Part shown: positions 8,404-17,860 of the stretch, piece after piece
Layout: each line of letters begins with the position of its first letter
Position numbering within the stretch: position 1 is the first letter of the stretch
Assembly: GCA_951812325.1 (NCBI GenBank)
Contig: OX638294.1
Location: 3,198,859 to 3,262,858 of the forward strand
From: an uncultured Thermoanaerobaculia bacterium
Lineage (GTDB): Bacteria; Acidobacteriota; Thermoanaerobaculia; Multivoradales; Multivoraceae
Length of the DNA stretch: 64,000 nt
Direction of reading: 5' to 3'
Made by a program: the position numbers and the translations under genes
The notes under the pieces: model-generated
What the model was told of the DNA's origin: nothing
The model's input: only the letters and a program-made list of their open reading frames with translations
Databases searched by the model: none

Positions 8404-9576
8404 CCATGCTGGAAGTGCGAGCGGAAGGGCTGAAGACGCGATAGGTAGTGCGGGTAGGCCGTTCCTGGCTCGGGATGGTACGAGGTCGTCGGCGCTGCTT
8501 CTGGCGAGTCCATGCGAGATAAGGTTCCACTTCTTCTTCCCGAGGCATGCCGGCGGTTTCTTCTCAAGTCCCTCAGTCAGCATGTTCAGGACCTCAGGTA
8601 CCTTGGCTTTACGGTCTTCAAAGAACTCCACATGATCGTCTGCGAAGCGGTCGCTCAACCAATGCTTGATTGCGTCGATTCCTGCGGGACACGTTTTGTC
8701 GACTGCGTCGTCCATGATACCGCGAAGTTCGCTGGCGATCTGCCCCACCATGTGCTGTTCTGAATCCGAAGGCTGCGGAAGACATGCGCGGTGCGCAAGA
8801 AAGGCTGGATCAAGGTCCGGTCCGAAGTGTTCCAGTACCCGGTATACGTTCTCCCGGACGGCGGCGAGAGCAGTGAGAACGAGGCTGGGCAGGAGTCCCT
8901 GGGCCATTTCGGCGACGTCGGCGATGAGCCGCTCGGCCAACTCTTCTTCGTTCACAACCGTGTTCAGGGCGTCGGCGCCGGAGCCGGGCTTCCCGTAGAC
9001 GACGATCCGGCACGCTCCGAAGTCGATGCGACCATGGTCGTCTGTCGTCCGAGTCGTTCCATGGGGTGCGTCCAGGTCGTTAAGGCGTTCGGAAATTCGT
9101 CTGCGAATGTCCTGGCGGTCGGGCTCGCCGGTGTAGAACGCGATCAAGCGAAGCCGAGCGGGCTGATCTGCCCGCAGGATACGCTTTAGCAGTGGCAATG
9201 CGGTCGCGCCGCTGGTTCGGCTCAGCCGCCAGTCCAAAATGACGATGTCCGCACGAGCGATGGCTTTGACGAGAGCCTCAAGGTCGTCTTGGTCTCGCGG
9301 GGGCAGTACTACGCCGCAGACCATCCCCTGGCGGGCAAACGACAAGGTGATGGGGTCAACCTTCAGGGGCCGGGACGGACCATGTTGCGGGGCGGCTTGG
9401 GCCGGTGCTTGGCTCGAGGCGCGCTGGTCGGGTGGGGTCAGCCCGCCGTGGACCGGCGTCTCTGCCGGGGCGGAGAGCTCGTCGTCAACGACCACCGCTG
9501 TCAGCAGGAAGCGCCGGACGATCTCTTCACAGTGCTCGCCAAGCGCGTTCGCTTCCGGGGAGCTAGGGTTGGTCAT
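8398..9576 (-). CDS. Receiver (REC) domain protein with about 260-aa C-terminal domain of unknown function
   Basis: Start moved to internal ATG (MTNPSS...), which has an AAGGG ribosome-binding site (RBS) 8 nt upstream and overlaps the last 4 codons of the upstream kinase gene. REC-like motifs: AVVVDDE, ADIVILDWRL (phospho-acceptor Asp), LIAFYTGEP, VVYGKPG. The 3' end overlaps vsr tail-to-tail by 6 nt. Confidence 0.7.
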   Translation of the reverse strand: MTNPSSPEANALGEHCEEIVRRFLLTAVVVDDELSAPAETPVHGGLTPPDQRASSQAPAQAAPQHGPSRPLKVDPITLSFARQGMVCGVVLPPRDQDDLEALVKAIARADIVILDWRLSRTSGATALPLLKRILRADQPARLRLIAFYTGEPDRQDIRRRISERLNDLDAPHGTTRTTDDHGRIDFGACRIVVYGKPGSGADALNTVVNEEELAERLIADVAEMAQGLLPSLVLTALAAVRENVYRVLEHFGPDLDPAFLAHRACLPQPSDSEQHMVGQIASELRGIMDDAVDKTCPAGIDAIKHWLSDRFADDHVEFFEDRKAKVPEVLNMLTEGLEKKPPACLGKKKWNLISHGLARSSADDLVPSRARNGLPALPIASSALPLALPAWL

Positions 9577-12544
9577 CGGTGTCGCCCTTCCGGTCCTTGA
9601 TCGGCGCGATAGCGAACGTCGTGCTCCACTTCGATCCGCGCTCCTCGAGCGCCAGGCCGTAACCAATCTCACGCAGCGTCGCGCGTGCGATGTGCAGCCC
9701 CATGCCGCGGCCCTCCGGCTTTCTGGTGAACCCGATATCGAAGACTTCGTCCCGGTCCCGGGCGTGAATGCCGGGTCCCGTGTCCGAGACGCGGAACGTC
9801 TTCCCGGACCTGTCGAGCTGGATTCGGCGCTCAAGCCGCTCGTTCAAACCCGAGAGCCAGTAGATCGCGTTGTCCACGAGATTGATGAACACAGGATAGA
9901 AGGAAGACGGATAGCCGCGCACGGCCGCGCTGGCGAAGGCGTCGGTCCGGGTCAACTCAACGTGGTGTCTGGCCAGTCGCTGGCCAAAGAGGTTGATCAG
10001 AAAATCGTGAATCTCCCACCCGCGAATGTCCACGGCTTTGCGGTAAAGTCTTCTTTGGAGCGGCGTAAATAGTGTCAGGTACGCGTCGAGATGATCGAAG
10101 CTGCCGCGAATCCCCTGATACAGCGACTTCAGTTCGCGATTCGCATCGGCCCAGGCCTTGAGGCCGCGCAGTCCCGATCGGACCGAACGGATGGCGGCGC
10201 CGAACTCGTGGCTGATGATCTCGATCGCCATGCCTAGCTGAGCGAGCTGAAGGTCGGCGGCAGCCTGTTCCTGGAGTGTGACGTTGCTCTGTTCCACGGC
10301 CTCAAGTTGATCGAGAAGCCAGGAGTCGGCCGTCAAATCGACGGCTTCCAGCTGCGAGCGAACGGCGTCGAGAGTTTTCTTTTCGGTCTCGAGCGCCTCG
10401 CGGATCGGAACTTCCAGATCGGAACGTACGGAAATCAGCTGCTGGTCGTCCAAGTCTGCAAGGTCGCGCCGGTCGAAATCGGCCATTCCGGCGCGAATGG
10501 CATCCTCGACATTCTGCACGCACCGCAGGGCCAGGCTGCGCACATCCTCCGAGATACTCTTCGCTCTCGCGTCTACTTCGCAACGACCCGCCTCCGTTTC
10601 TCTCCTGGCCGATTGACCCAGTTGGTTGAGAGCCGAGTCGATGCGTTCTCGGGCACTAACGTCGACGCCCGCCTTGGTCACTTCCTGCGTGACGACACTC
10701 TCAATGGACGTCCGGAGGTCTCGTATGCCGTCGGCAAGGTTCTGAAACGCTTCCCGGTAGTCGCCCCATTCCCGTTGCAAGGCGCGGCTCAAGCCGATAC
10801 GCGGCTTGGAAACCCGGTAACAGGTCTCCAGCTTCTCGAGATCTCTGCGGGCATTCCGTTCGATCTCTATGATTCGTCTGGCTGCTCGCCCGCGGTCCGT
10901 ATCGAGACTCGCCTCTTTCACTCGTTCCTCGGCCCCCAAGCCCAGTTCCATGGCGCTGTCAAGCGGCTTACTCGTCTCCATTCGCTGGAAGAAGGCCGCA
11001 AGGTCCTTCCTGAACTGGTCGCGCTTGGCGGTGACGGTTCTGGCGCGGGCACGCCTATGGCGCTCGATCTCGTCCAACTCGCGCTTGCGGCTCTTGAACC
11101 GTTCGCCGTACGCTCCCTCCTCCCGGAAGAAGTCGGCGGCCACCTGAACGAGGAAGCTCTTCAGAATGCTCCGCAGTTCACGGTAGGCCTTGTTCTGGCG
11201 GAAGCCCTCTCGCCCCGCCTTCTCGCGAAGACGTGAGTTGTTAACGGAGTCGACTTCAACCACGCCGAACATCTGTCGGTATGAGAAGTAGTAGTAGGAG
11301 GCGCTCTTGGTCCGCCGGAATTCGATTTTCAGCCAGTCGTAGTCGGTGGTCCCGTACGGTTGAATGCGCACGCCGTCCCGATAGATGTAGAGGCCCCCGA
11401 TGCGTCTCGTCTTCTCGAGCATTCGAGCATGCTCCGCCGGAGGAAGAGTGGAATGCCTGGATGCGCCCTCGATTGCGGCGAACCTGATATGGAACGGACC
11501 GCAGGCCGTGGGACGCCCTCTTCCGTCGCGCCAATTGATGACGTGGTCGCTCCTGGTCTCGCCGTAGATGGACACGCTGCCCTTGAACTGGCCATAAGCG
11601 TCGAATCTACCTGAGATCTGATGATCCGCGTTCTCGTAGTCGGAGCGAGTGAAGAACTCGTGCTCGCCGATGAGGTCCTCGCAGGCGCCATCCAGTCTGT
11701 GGTCGCGGAAAGCGGTGCGGATGATGGGCTCCGTGCCAGTCGCGAACGACGGAATGGTAAACCCCAGCAGTGCTTTCTGTAGCGGCGCCGCCGAACGGGA
11801 GGTCGCCTCCCCCGCCATGTCGTGGTCCAGGTCGGCCGATGCTGGCAGAAGGTAGAAGTGCGTACCGTGACCGCCGTCGAGGAGCGACGGCTGGCCCAGG
11901 TGTGCGGCGGTCGCCCGAGGATCAACGGCAAACGCTCCAAGGTCGCCCTTGATCCGGGCCCACTCCTCTTCGTCCATGCGTTTCTGAAGGCCTGCGTTCC
12001 TGTCGAGGAATGACTCCACCATCTCGGCTACGTCCTCGGCGTCGGGCAGGCTGCCTCCGGGAAGAGTGCGTAGCGGAATCCGGATGTCCTGGAGATTCAG
12101 TTCGGGACATTCGAAGACCCGCCAGTTGAGAAAGGCAGCCGTCAGGTCGGACAAGCCGTCGTCGCGAAGGGCGCGTGTGAGCACCAGGACTTGAGGAGCG
12201 ATCGTGGCGATGGCCAGGCGACCGATTCCCTTCTCCCCCAGAATGGGCCTTGCGCCTTGCAGCGGCTGGCGGCGTTGCCGCTCCGTGCGTTTCCGCCGAA
12301 TGCTGGTCTCCGTCGCGATGGTGAGCCATCGGTCGATGAACTCGTCGGTCTGCATGCCGAAGCCGTCGTCGCGCATCACGAACAGCCTGTCGCGGCGGTA
12401 GTAGTCAACTTCCACATGCCTGGCGTCCGCGTCGTGAGCGTTCTTGAACAGTTCGCTAATCGCGGTTGGGATGCCGGCGATCTGCTGTCTCCCCAGCATG
12501 TCCAGCGTTCTCGCCCGGGCCTTGAAGCTAACCTCCGTCGACAT
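9563..12544 (-). CDS. Dual GHKL protein: N-terminal MORC/Hsp90-like ATPase, long coiled-coil middle, C-terminal histidine kinase (HisKA H-box + HATPase_c)
   Basis: Start moved to Met50 (MSTEV...), whose ATG shares one nt with the MTase stop (TGATG). N-terminal ISELFKNAHDADA, RDDGFGM, GEKGIGRLA resemble HATPase_c_3. C-terminal H-box IEIISHEFGAAIRS, N-box FINLVDNAIYW, G1 RVSDTGPGI, G2 GRGMGLHIA. Confidence 0.75.
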   Translation of the reverse strand: MSTEVSFKARARTLDMLGRQQIAGIPTAISELFKNAHDADARHVEVDYYRRDRLFVMRDDGFGMQTDEFIDRWLTIATETSIRRKRTERQRRQPLQGARPILGEKGIGRLAIATIAPQVLVLTRALRDDGLSDLTAAFLNWRVFECPELNLQDIRIPLRTLPGGSLPDAEDVAEMVESFLDRNAGLQKRMDEEEWARIKGDLGAFAVDPRATAAHLGQPSLLDGGHGTHFYLLPASADLDHDMAGEATSRSAAPLQKALLGFTIPSFATGTEPIIRTAFRDHRLDGACEDLIGEHEFFTRSDYENADHQISGRFDAYGQFKGSVSIYGETRSDHVINWRDGRGRPTACGPFHIRFAAIEGASRHSTLPPAEHARMLEKTRRIGGLYIYRDGVRIQPYGTTDYDWLKIEFRRTKSASYYYFSYRQMFGVVEVDSVNNSRLREKAGREGFRQNKAYRELRSILKSFLVQVAADFFREEGAYGERFKSRKRELDEIERHRRARARTVTAKRDQFRKDLAAFFQRMETSKPLDSAMELGLGAEERVKEASLDTDRGRAARRIIEIERNARRDLEKLETCYRVSKPRIGLSRALQREWGDYREAFQNLADGIRDLRTSIESVVTQEVTKAGVDVSARERIDSALNQLGQSARRETEAGRCEVDARAKSISEDVRSLALRCVQNVEDAIRAGMADFDRRDLADLDDQQLISVRSDLEVPIREALETEKKTLDAVRSQLEAVDLTADSWLLDQLEAVEQSNVTLQEQAAADLQLAQLGMAIEIISHEFGAAIRSVRSGLRGLKAWADANRELKSLYQGIRGSFDHLDAYLTLFTPLQRRLYRKAVDIRGWEIHDFLINLFGQRLARHHVELTRTDAFASAAVRGYPSSFYPVFINLVDNAIYWLSGLNERLERRIQLDRSGKTFRVSDTGPGIHARDRDEVFDIGFTRKPEGRGMGLHIARATLREIGYGLALEERGSKWSTTFAIAPIKDRKGDTDDQP

Positions 12545-13647
12545 CAGCTCAAGCGTGCCTCGGCGAGGTGTCTGATGACGTGCTGTCCCACCAGGTTCGT
12601 CAACAGAGAAGGTACGGCGTTCCCAATCTGCCGGGCCATCGAGTTCAGATTGCCGCAGAGGTGAAAATCCATCGGAAATGTCTGAAGACACGCGGCTTCC
12701 CTGACGCTGATCGCACGATCCTGCTCAGGGTGCCCGAAGCGGCCGTTGGAATAGCTGATGCAACGCGTCGTGAGCCCGGAAGCCGGCCGGTCCCAAGACA
12801 TGCGACCGTAGACGTCGGTGTAGCCGGCAGTCTGCTTGTGGCATTCAAGACGAAGGGCCTCCGGCCAATCCCGGTGCCCGCCGCCCTCGGGGGTTGCCCG
12901 GATGCGCTCCAGATTGAGCTCGGACAGTCGAGCGGCGCGGTGGTCGCGGATTGCCGGGTGGGTCTCACCGGCGTCAATCCCCGGCAGGTCGCCTATCCAG
13001 TCGCGCACGGTGGAGAACTCGGGGTTGGCCGCGCCCGGCCCGTGGGTTTTGGGAGGGAGACCCACGGGTCCGTGGCGACTGGCGAGGAGCAGGAATCGGC
13101 GGCGACCCTGCGGCACTCCGTAGTGCTTCAAGGGCACTGAAGTGCAGGTCGGCTTGGGATAGCCCGCCTCCTCCAATCCCTGAAGGAAGTCGCTCAGCGG
13201 TTCAGATTCGGGGCACACATTCTGAATCCCCGGGACATTCTCCACGAAGACGACGTCCGGCTTGCATCTGCGGATGAAGCGCAGGAGCTCAAGAAGCAAG
13301 GGCACCCGTTCGTCTTCTGTGGGCTTGGGACGGCTGGTATTCTGCTTGGTGAAAGGCTGGCAGGGTGCGCATCCGCAGAACAGAATGGGGCGCGGTCGGT
13401 GTTCAACCACCAGCTCGTGGACGGAGCCTTCATCCACATCCCGAATGTCGCTGCGTTCGAAGACGGCCGCTGGGAAGTTGCGCCGGTAGGTTCGCTCGGC
13501 GTCGGCGTCACAATCGAGTCCGAACACGATCTCCATTCCGGCGTCTTGAAAACCGCGGCTGGCCCCGCCGCAACCGGAGAAGAAATCGAAGACCACCGCT
13601 CGCCGCCAAGCCGCGCCGTTCGTGTTGGGATCGTCGAGGGAATTCAT
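12544..13647 (-). CDS. DNA (cytosine-5)-methyltransferase (Dcm-like)
   Basis: 367 aa. Motif I VVFDFFSGCGGASRGF, motif IV GCAPCQPFT, motif VI VFVENVPG, motif VIII QGRRRFLL, motif X NAVPSLLTNLV. Confidence 0.9.
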   Translation of the reverse strand: MNSLDDPNTNGAAWRRAVVFDFFSGCGGASRGFQDAGMEIVFGLDCDADAERTYRRNFPAAVFERSDIRDVDEGSVHELVVEHRPRPILFCGCAPCQPFTKQNTSRPKPTEDERVPLLLELLRFIRRCKPDVVFVENVPGIQNVCPESEPLSDFLQGLEEAGYPKPTCTSVPLKHYGVPQGRRRFLLLASRHGPVGLPPKTHGPGAANPEFSTVRDWIGDLPGIDAGETHPAIRDHRAARLSELNLERIRATPEGGGHRDWPEALRLECHKQTAGYTDVYGRMSWDRPASGLTTRCISYSNGRFGHPEQDRAISVREAACLQTFPMDFHLCGNLNSMARQIGNAVPSLLTNLVGQHVIRHLAEARLS

Positions 13648-13764
13648 GGACGACTCGACTACTGCGAAGAGGTTCCAAGAGGCGGCGAAAGCCTAACAAA
13701 TCGCGACGGAAGCGGGCCTTCGGACGGACGTCCCATCGGCAGATCAGCGCAGGGGCGGAAACCG

Positions 13765-15021
13765 TTAACCTTCAACGATCTCCGCGTCATGCCCGCACCA
13801 CACGAGGCCTGACACGAGCTTCGGCAGGAAGCGGGTCGACTTGGGCGGCAGCAGGTCGCCGTCTTCGGTCGCGAGGGCGAACTGCTTCGGGGTCATCGGC
13901 GGCAGGAAGACGCCGGTGGTGACGGCGCCGCTTTGCAGCAGTTCGATGATGTCTTCCGGGTCGGCTTCGTAGGCGATGCTGCCGTCGGTGGCGGATTCGA
14001 TTGGGACGCCGGCGGTCGTCAGCAGGTGATGGTGGAGCAGGGAGGCCGGCAGGTCGGCCTTGCGTCCGGGCATGTCGGCGGGCGCGGCCGCGGCGTCGAG
14101 GGTCCACAGTTCGGGTGACGGGTCGCCCTGGAACCAGACGGCGAGGGCGGGCTGCGGCGCGGCCGCGACGCGGGCGGCGATGTCCTTGCCGGCGGTCGCT
14201 TCCAGGGTCTCGCGGCGCGCCGGCAGCGCGGACATCGCCTCGCGGTCGACCGGGACGCGGATGCCGCGGTGGACCGGGTCGATCCGGAGGTTCGCGGAGG
14301 CCAGGCTGGTGAGGACGACCATCTTGCACGCCGCGGCGGCGCCGCCCTTTGCCCCCTCCTCGGCGGCGTAGGTCTGGGCGACCTGGGTGCGATGATGGCC
14401 GTCGGCGATCGCGGCGCGGGCGCCCTTGAGCGCCGCGGCGTAGGCGCCGATCCGCTCGGGGTCGGTGATCCGGAAAAGGCTGTGGACGTCGCCGGTCCAC
14501 GGGTCGGTGTGACGGACCAGGGCGTCGCCCGCGGCGCCGCTTGAGTCTTCGCTCAGCAGGCGTTCCAGGACGCCGTCGTCCTCGGCGAGGTAGAACACGG
14601 GCTCGATGTCGATTTGCGTGAGCCGGAGCAGGGCCAGGCGCTCGGCGATCGACTTGGCGACCGTCTGTTCGTGGGGCCGGAGGTCCCCCTCGCGTCCCGG
14701 CTCGACGCCGACCAGGGCGCACAGGCCGAGGCGGCTCGAGCCGTCGGGCCGGGCGATCGCGTACGGGTAAAGCGAGGGAGTCTCGTCGCGCTCGACGACT
14801 CCGTTCTCCAGCCACTCCCGGTGGAGCGCGGCCGCGTGCTCGTGCGGCGTCTCGCCGTCACGCGCCACGGGCTTCGTCACCCGGGAGAACTGGTGCGGCG
14901 ACTGCGCGTGCAGGCGGTCGCGCAGGGTCTCGTCGATCTGGTCGAAGGGCGGCGCCGCCTGAGCTGCGGCATCGAGCCTGGCGGAGTTGTAGCGGTAGCC
15001 CTGGAAGGCGTAGAGCTTCAT
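13765..15021 (-). CDS. DUF1015 family protein
   Basis: 418 aa. N-terminus MKLYAFQGYRYN and conserved IADGHHR, typical of DUF1015. Confidence 0.7.
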   Translation of the reverse strand: MKLYAFQGYRYNSARLDAAAQAAPPFDQIDETLRDRLHAQSPHQFSRVTKPVARDGETPHEHAAALHREWLENGVVERDETPSLYPYAIARPDGSSRLGLCALVGVEPGREGDLRPHEQTVAKSIAERLALLRLTQIDIEPVFYLAEDDGVLERLLSEDSSGAAGDALVRHTDPWTGDVHSLFRITDPERIGAYAAALKGARAAIADGHHRTQVAQTYAAEEGAKGGAAAACKMVVLTSLASANLRIDPVHRGIRVPVDREAMSALPARRETLEATAGKDIAARVAAAPQPALAVWFQGDPSPELWTLDAAAAPADMPGRKADLPASLLHHHLLTTAGVPIESATDGSIAYEADPEDIIELLQSGAVTTGVFLPPMTPKQFALATEDGDLLPPKSTRFLPKLVSGLVWCGHDAEIVEG

Positions 15022-15187
15022 TGCGGCTCCTGGTTGGCGCTGGAGTCTGCCCCCATCGGGGGTTGCATCGGGGTTGCAGCGGGGTTGAAGTGGGAAGACG
15101 GTTGAGCCGGGGCGCCGGGGAACGGTCCGGCTGGTCCCCGATTTCCGGGGCGGTACTCGTCGGTAGCGGGTCGCCGGGGGTTGCGGT

Positions 15188-17836
15188 TCAGGCGGCGCGA
15201 CTGTCGTCGCTTCCGGCTTCGTTTGAACCGGTCGTCGGTCCGGTTCGGATCGAGAGGCTACCGCCTTCCACGTCGATCACAATCCGATCTCCCGCGCCGA
15301 GATCGCCGCCGACCAGGGCGCGTCCCAGGCGGGTCTCGACCTCGCGCTGAAGGTAGCGCTTGAGCGGCCGGGCGCCGTAGACGGGGTCGTATCCGGCGCG
15401 GGCCGTGAACTCGCGCGCCGCCGGGGTCAGTTCGAGCCCGATCCCCTGGTCGCCGAGGCGCTGCTCGAGGTCGGCCGTCAGCAGGCCGACGATCTGCTCG
15501 ATCTCCGACACGGTGAGCGGCGAGAACAGGACGACCTCGTCGATCCGGTTGAGGAACTCGGGCCGGAAGCTGCGGCGCAGCTCGGCCATCACGGCGTCCC
15601 GGGCCGCGTCCGTGATCTCGCCCGCCGGCGTGACGCCTTCCAGCAGGCGGGGAGAACCCAGGTTGGAGGTCATGATGACGACCGTGTTCTTGAAGTTGAC
15701 GGTGCGTCCCTGGGAGTCGGTGATCCGACCGTCGTCCAGAATCTGCAGGAGCACGTTGAACACGTCGCGGTGCGCCTTCTCGATCTCGTCGAACAGGACG
15801 ACCGCGTACGGCTTGCGCCTTACCGCCTCGGTCAGCTGCCCTCCGTCCTCGTGGCCGACGTAGCCGGGCGGCGCCCCGACCAGGCGCGAGACGGTGTGCC
15901 GCTCCATGTACTCGCTCATGTCGAGGCGGACCATGTTGTCCTCGGTGTCGAAGAGCGCCTCCGCCAGCGTCTTGGCGAGTTCCGTCTTGCCGACGCCGGT
16001 GGGGCCGAGGAAGAGGAAGGAGCCGATCGGGCGCCGCGGATCCTTGATTCCCGACCGGGCGCGGATCACCGCGTCGGCCACCAGGCCTACTGCTTCGTTT
16101 TGGCCGATCACCCGGCGGTGCAGGATCTCGTCGAGACGCAGCAGCTTCTCGCGCTCGCCCTCGACCAGGCGGGTGACCGGGACGCCGGTCCACCTGGACA
16201 CGATCTCCGCGATCTCGTGGTCGGTCACCTCTTCCCGCAGCAGGCGGCCCGAGGCGTCGGCCGCGCCTTCCGCCTGCTCCTGGCTCTCGAGCTTCGCGCT
16301 CAACTCCGGGAGCACGCCGTGCCGCAGCTCGGCGGCCCGGTTCAGGTCGTAGTGGCGTTCGGCGACCTCGATCTCGCGCCGCACCTGTTCGATCTGCTCG
16401 CGCACCTTCCGCTCGTCGTCGATTGCCGCCTTCTCGCTCTCCCACTGGCTGCGCATCGCCGCGTCGCGGGTCCGCAGGTCGGCGAGTTCACGTCTGAGCG
16501 TCTGCAGGCGCGCCTGGCTCGACTTGTCGGTTTCCTTGGTCAGCGCCGCCTCCTCGATCTCGAGCCGCATGACGCGGCGGGTCACTTCGTCGAGTTCGGC
16601 CGGCAGGGAGTCGATCTCCGTGCGGATCAGGGCGCCCGCTTCGTCGACCAGGTCGAGCGCCTTGTCGGGCAGGAACCGGTCCGAGACGTAGCGGTCCGAG
16701 AGGGTGGCTGCGGCGACCAGCGCGTTGTCCTGGATCCGTACGCCGTGGTGGACCTCGAAGCGTTCGCGCAGGCCGCGCAGGATGGACACCGTGTCCTCCA
16801 CCGACGGCGCATCGACCAGAATCGGCTGGAACCGCCGCTCGAGGGCAGCGTCCTTCTCGATGTACCTGCGGTACTCGTCCAGGGTGGTGGCGCCGATGCA
16901 ATGGAGTTCGCCGCGCGCGAGCATCGGCTTGAGCAGATTGCCGGCGTCGGTGGAGCCTTCGGTGCGGCCGGCGCCGACGATGTTGTGAACCTCGTCGATG
17001 AACAGCAGGATGCGTCCCTCGCTTTGGGCGATCTCGGTCAGCACGGCCTTCAACCGCTCCTCGAACTCGCCGCGGTACTTGGCGCCGGCAAGCAGCGCCC
17101 CGAGGTCGAGCGAGAAGACGCTGCGGTCCTTGAGCCATTCGGGCACGTCGCCGCGGACGATGCGCCCTGCCAGTCCCTCGACGATGGCCGTCTTGCCGAC
17201 GCCCGGTTCGCCGATCAGCACCGGGTTGTTCTTGCGTCTGCGGGAGAGGATGCGGATCGCTCGGCGGATCTCCGAATCGCGCCCGATGACCGGGTCCATC
17301 TTGCCGGCCCGCGCCTGAGCGACCAGGTCGACACCGTACTTCTCGAGGGCCTCGTACGAGGCTTCCGGATTGTTGCTGGTCACACGCTGGGCGCCGCGCA
17401 GGGTCTTGAGCGTTTCCAGGAGCTGCGGCCGAGAGAGGCCGGCGTCGGCCAGGGCCCTGGCGGCGCCGTCCCTGCCTTCGGCTGCCGCGAGCAGCAGATG
17501 CTCGACCGACACGTAGTCGTCGCCGAGCGCCCCGGCCTCGTCTTCTGCCCGGATCAGGAGCTGCTGCAGGTCGGTCGTGACGTAGAGCTTGCCGAGTTCG
17601 TCCGCGCCGCCGGTGACCTTCGGCTTGCGCTCGAGGTCGGCCCGGAGTCTTGCGCCGAGTGTGGCCGCGTTGATGTCGAGGCGCTGGAGCAGCCGGGGCG
17701 TCAGACCGTCGTGCTGGTCGAGCAGAGCGAGCAGCAGATGCTCGCTGTCAACCTGTTGGTGGCCGAGACGCCGCGCCCGGTCCTGGGCGCCGGTCAGAGC
17801 TTCCTGGGACTTGATCGTCAGCTTGTTCGGGTCCAT
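15188..17836 (-). CDS. clpB: Chaperone ClpB (AAA+ disaggregase)
   Basis: 882 aa. Two AAA modules ([15 protein letters not shown]; [16 protein letters not shown]), middle coiled-coil, Clp N-domain. Confidence 0.95.
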   Translation of the reverse strand: MDPNKLTIKSQEALTGAQDRARRLGHQQVDSEHLLLALLDQHDGLTPRLLQRLDINAATLGARLRADLERKPKVTGGADELGKLYVTTDLQQLLIRAEDEAGALGDDYVSVEHLLLAAAEGRDGAARALADAGLSRPQLLETLKTLRGAQRVTSNNPEASYEALEKYGVDLVAQARAGKMDPVIGRDSEIRRAIRILSRRRKNNPVLIGEPGVGKTAIVEGLAGRIVRGDVPEWLKDRSVFSLDLGALLAGAKYRGEFEERLKAVLTEIAQSEGRILLFIDEVHNIVGAGRTEGSTDAGNLLKPMLARGELHCIGATTLDEYRRYIEKDAALERRFQPILVDAPSVEDTVSILRGLRERFEVHHGVRIQDNALVAAATLSDRYVSDRFLPDKALDLVDEAGALIRTEIDSLPAELDEVTRRVMRLEIEEAALTKETDKSSQARLQTLRRELADLRTRDAAMRSQWESEKAAIDDERKVREQIEQVRREIEVAERHYDLNRAAELRHGVLPELSAKLESQEQAEGAADASGRLLREEVTDHEIAEIVSRWTGVPVTRLVEGEREKLLRLDEILHRRVIGQNEAVGLVADAVIRARSGIKDPRRPIGSFLFLGPTGVGKTELAKTLAEALFDTEDNMVRLDMSEYMERHTVSRLVGAPPGYVGHEDGGQLTEAVRRKPYAVVLFDEIEKAHRDVFNVLLQILDDGRITDSQGRTVNFKNTVVIMTSNLGSPRLLEGVTPAGEITDAARDAVMAELRRSFRPEFLNRIDEVVLFSPLTVSEIEQIVGLLTADLEQRLGDQGIGLELTPAAREFTARAGYDPVYGARPLKRYLQREVETRLGRALVGGDLGAGDRIVIDVEGGSLSIRTGPTTGSNEAGSDDSRAA

Positions 17837-17860
17837 GTCGTTCAGGTTCTCCTGTTGGGT

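Noticed and set aside
8398-9834. Full 478-aa extent of the REC-protein ORF
   Set aside because: The upstream 86 codons are Arg/Ser-rich and would overlap the kinase gene by 271 nt. The internal ATG with an RBS and a 14-nt overlap is far more plausible.
12545-12691. First 49 codons of the 1042-aa kinase ORF
   Set aside because: Would overlap the MTase 3' end by 147 nt. Met50 forms a classic TGATG stop-start junction.
13787-14815. 342-aa Arg-rich ORF (-) and 14001..14312, 14060..14371 (+) within the DUF1015 gene
   Set aside because: Compositionally biased alternative frames. The DUF1015 frame has the conserved ADGHHR motif.
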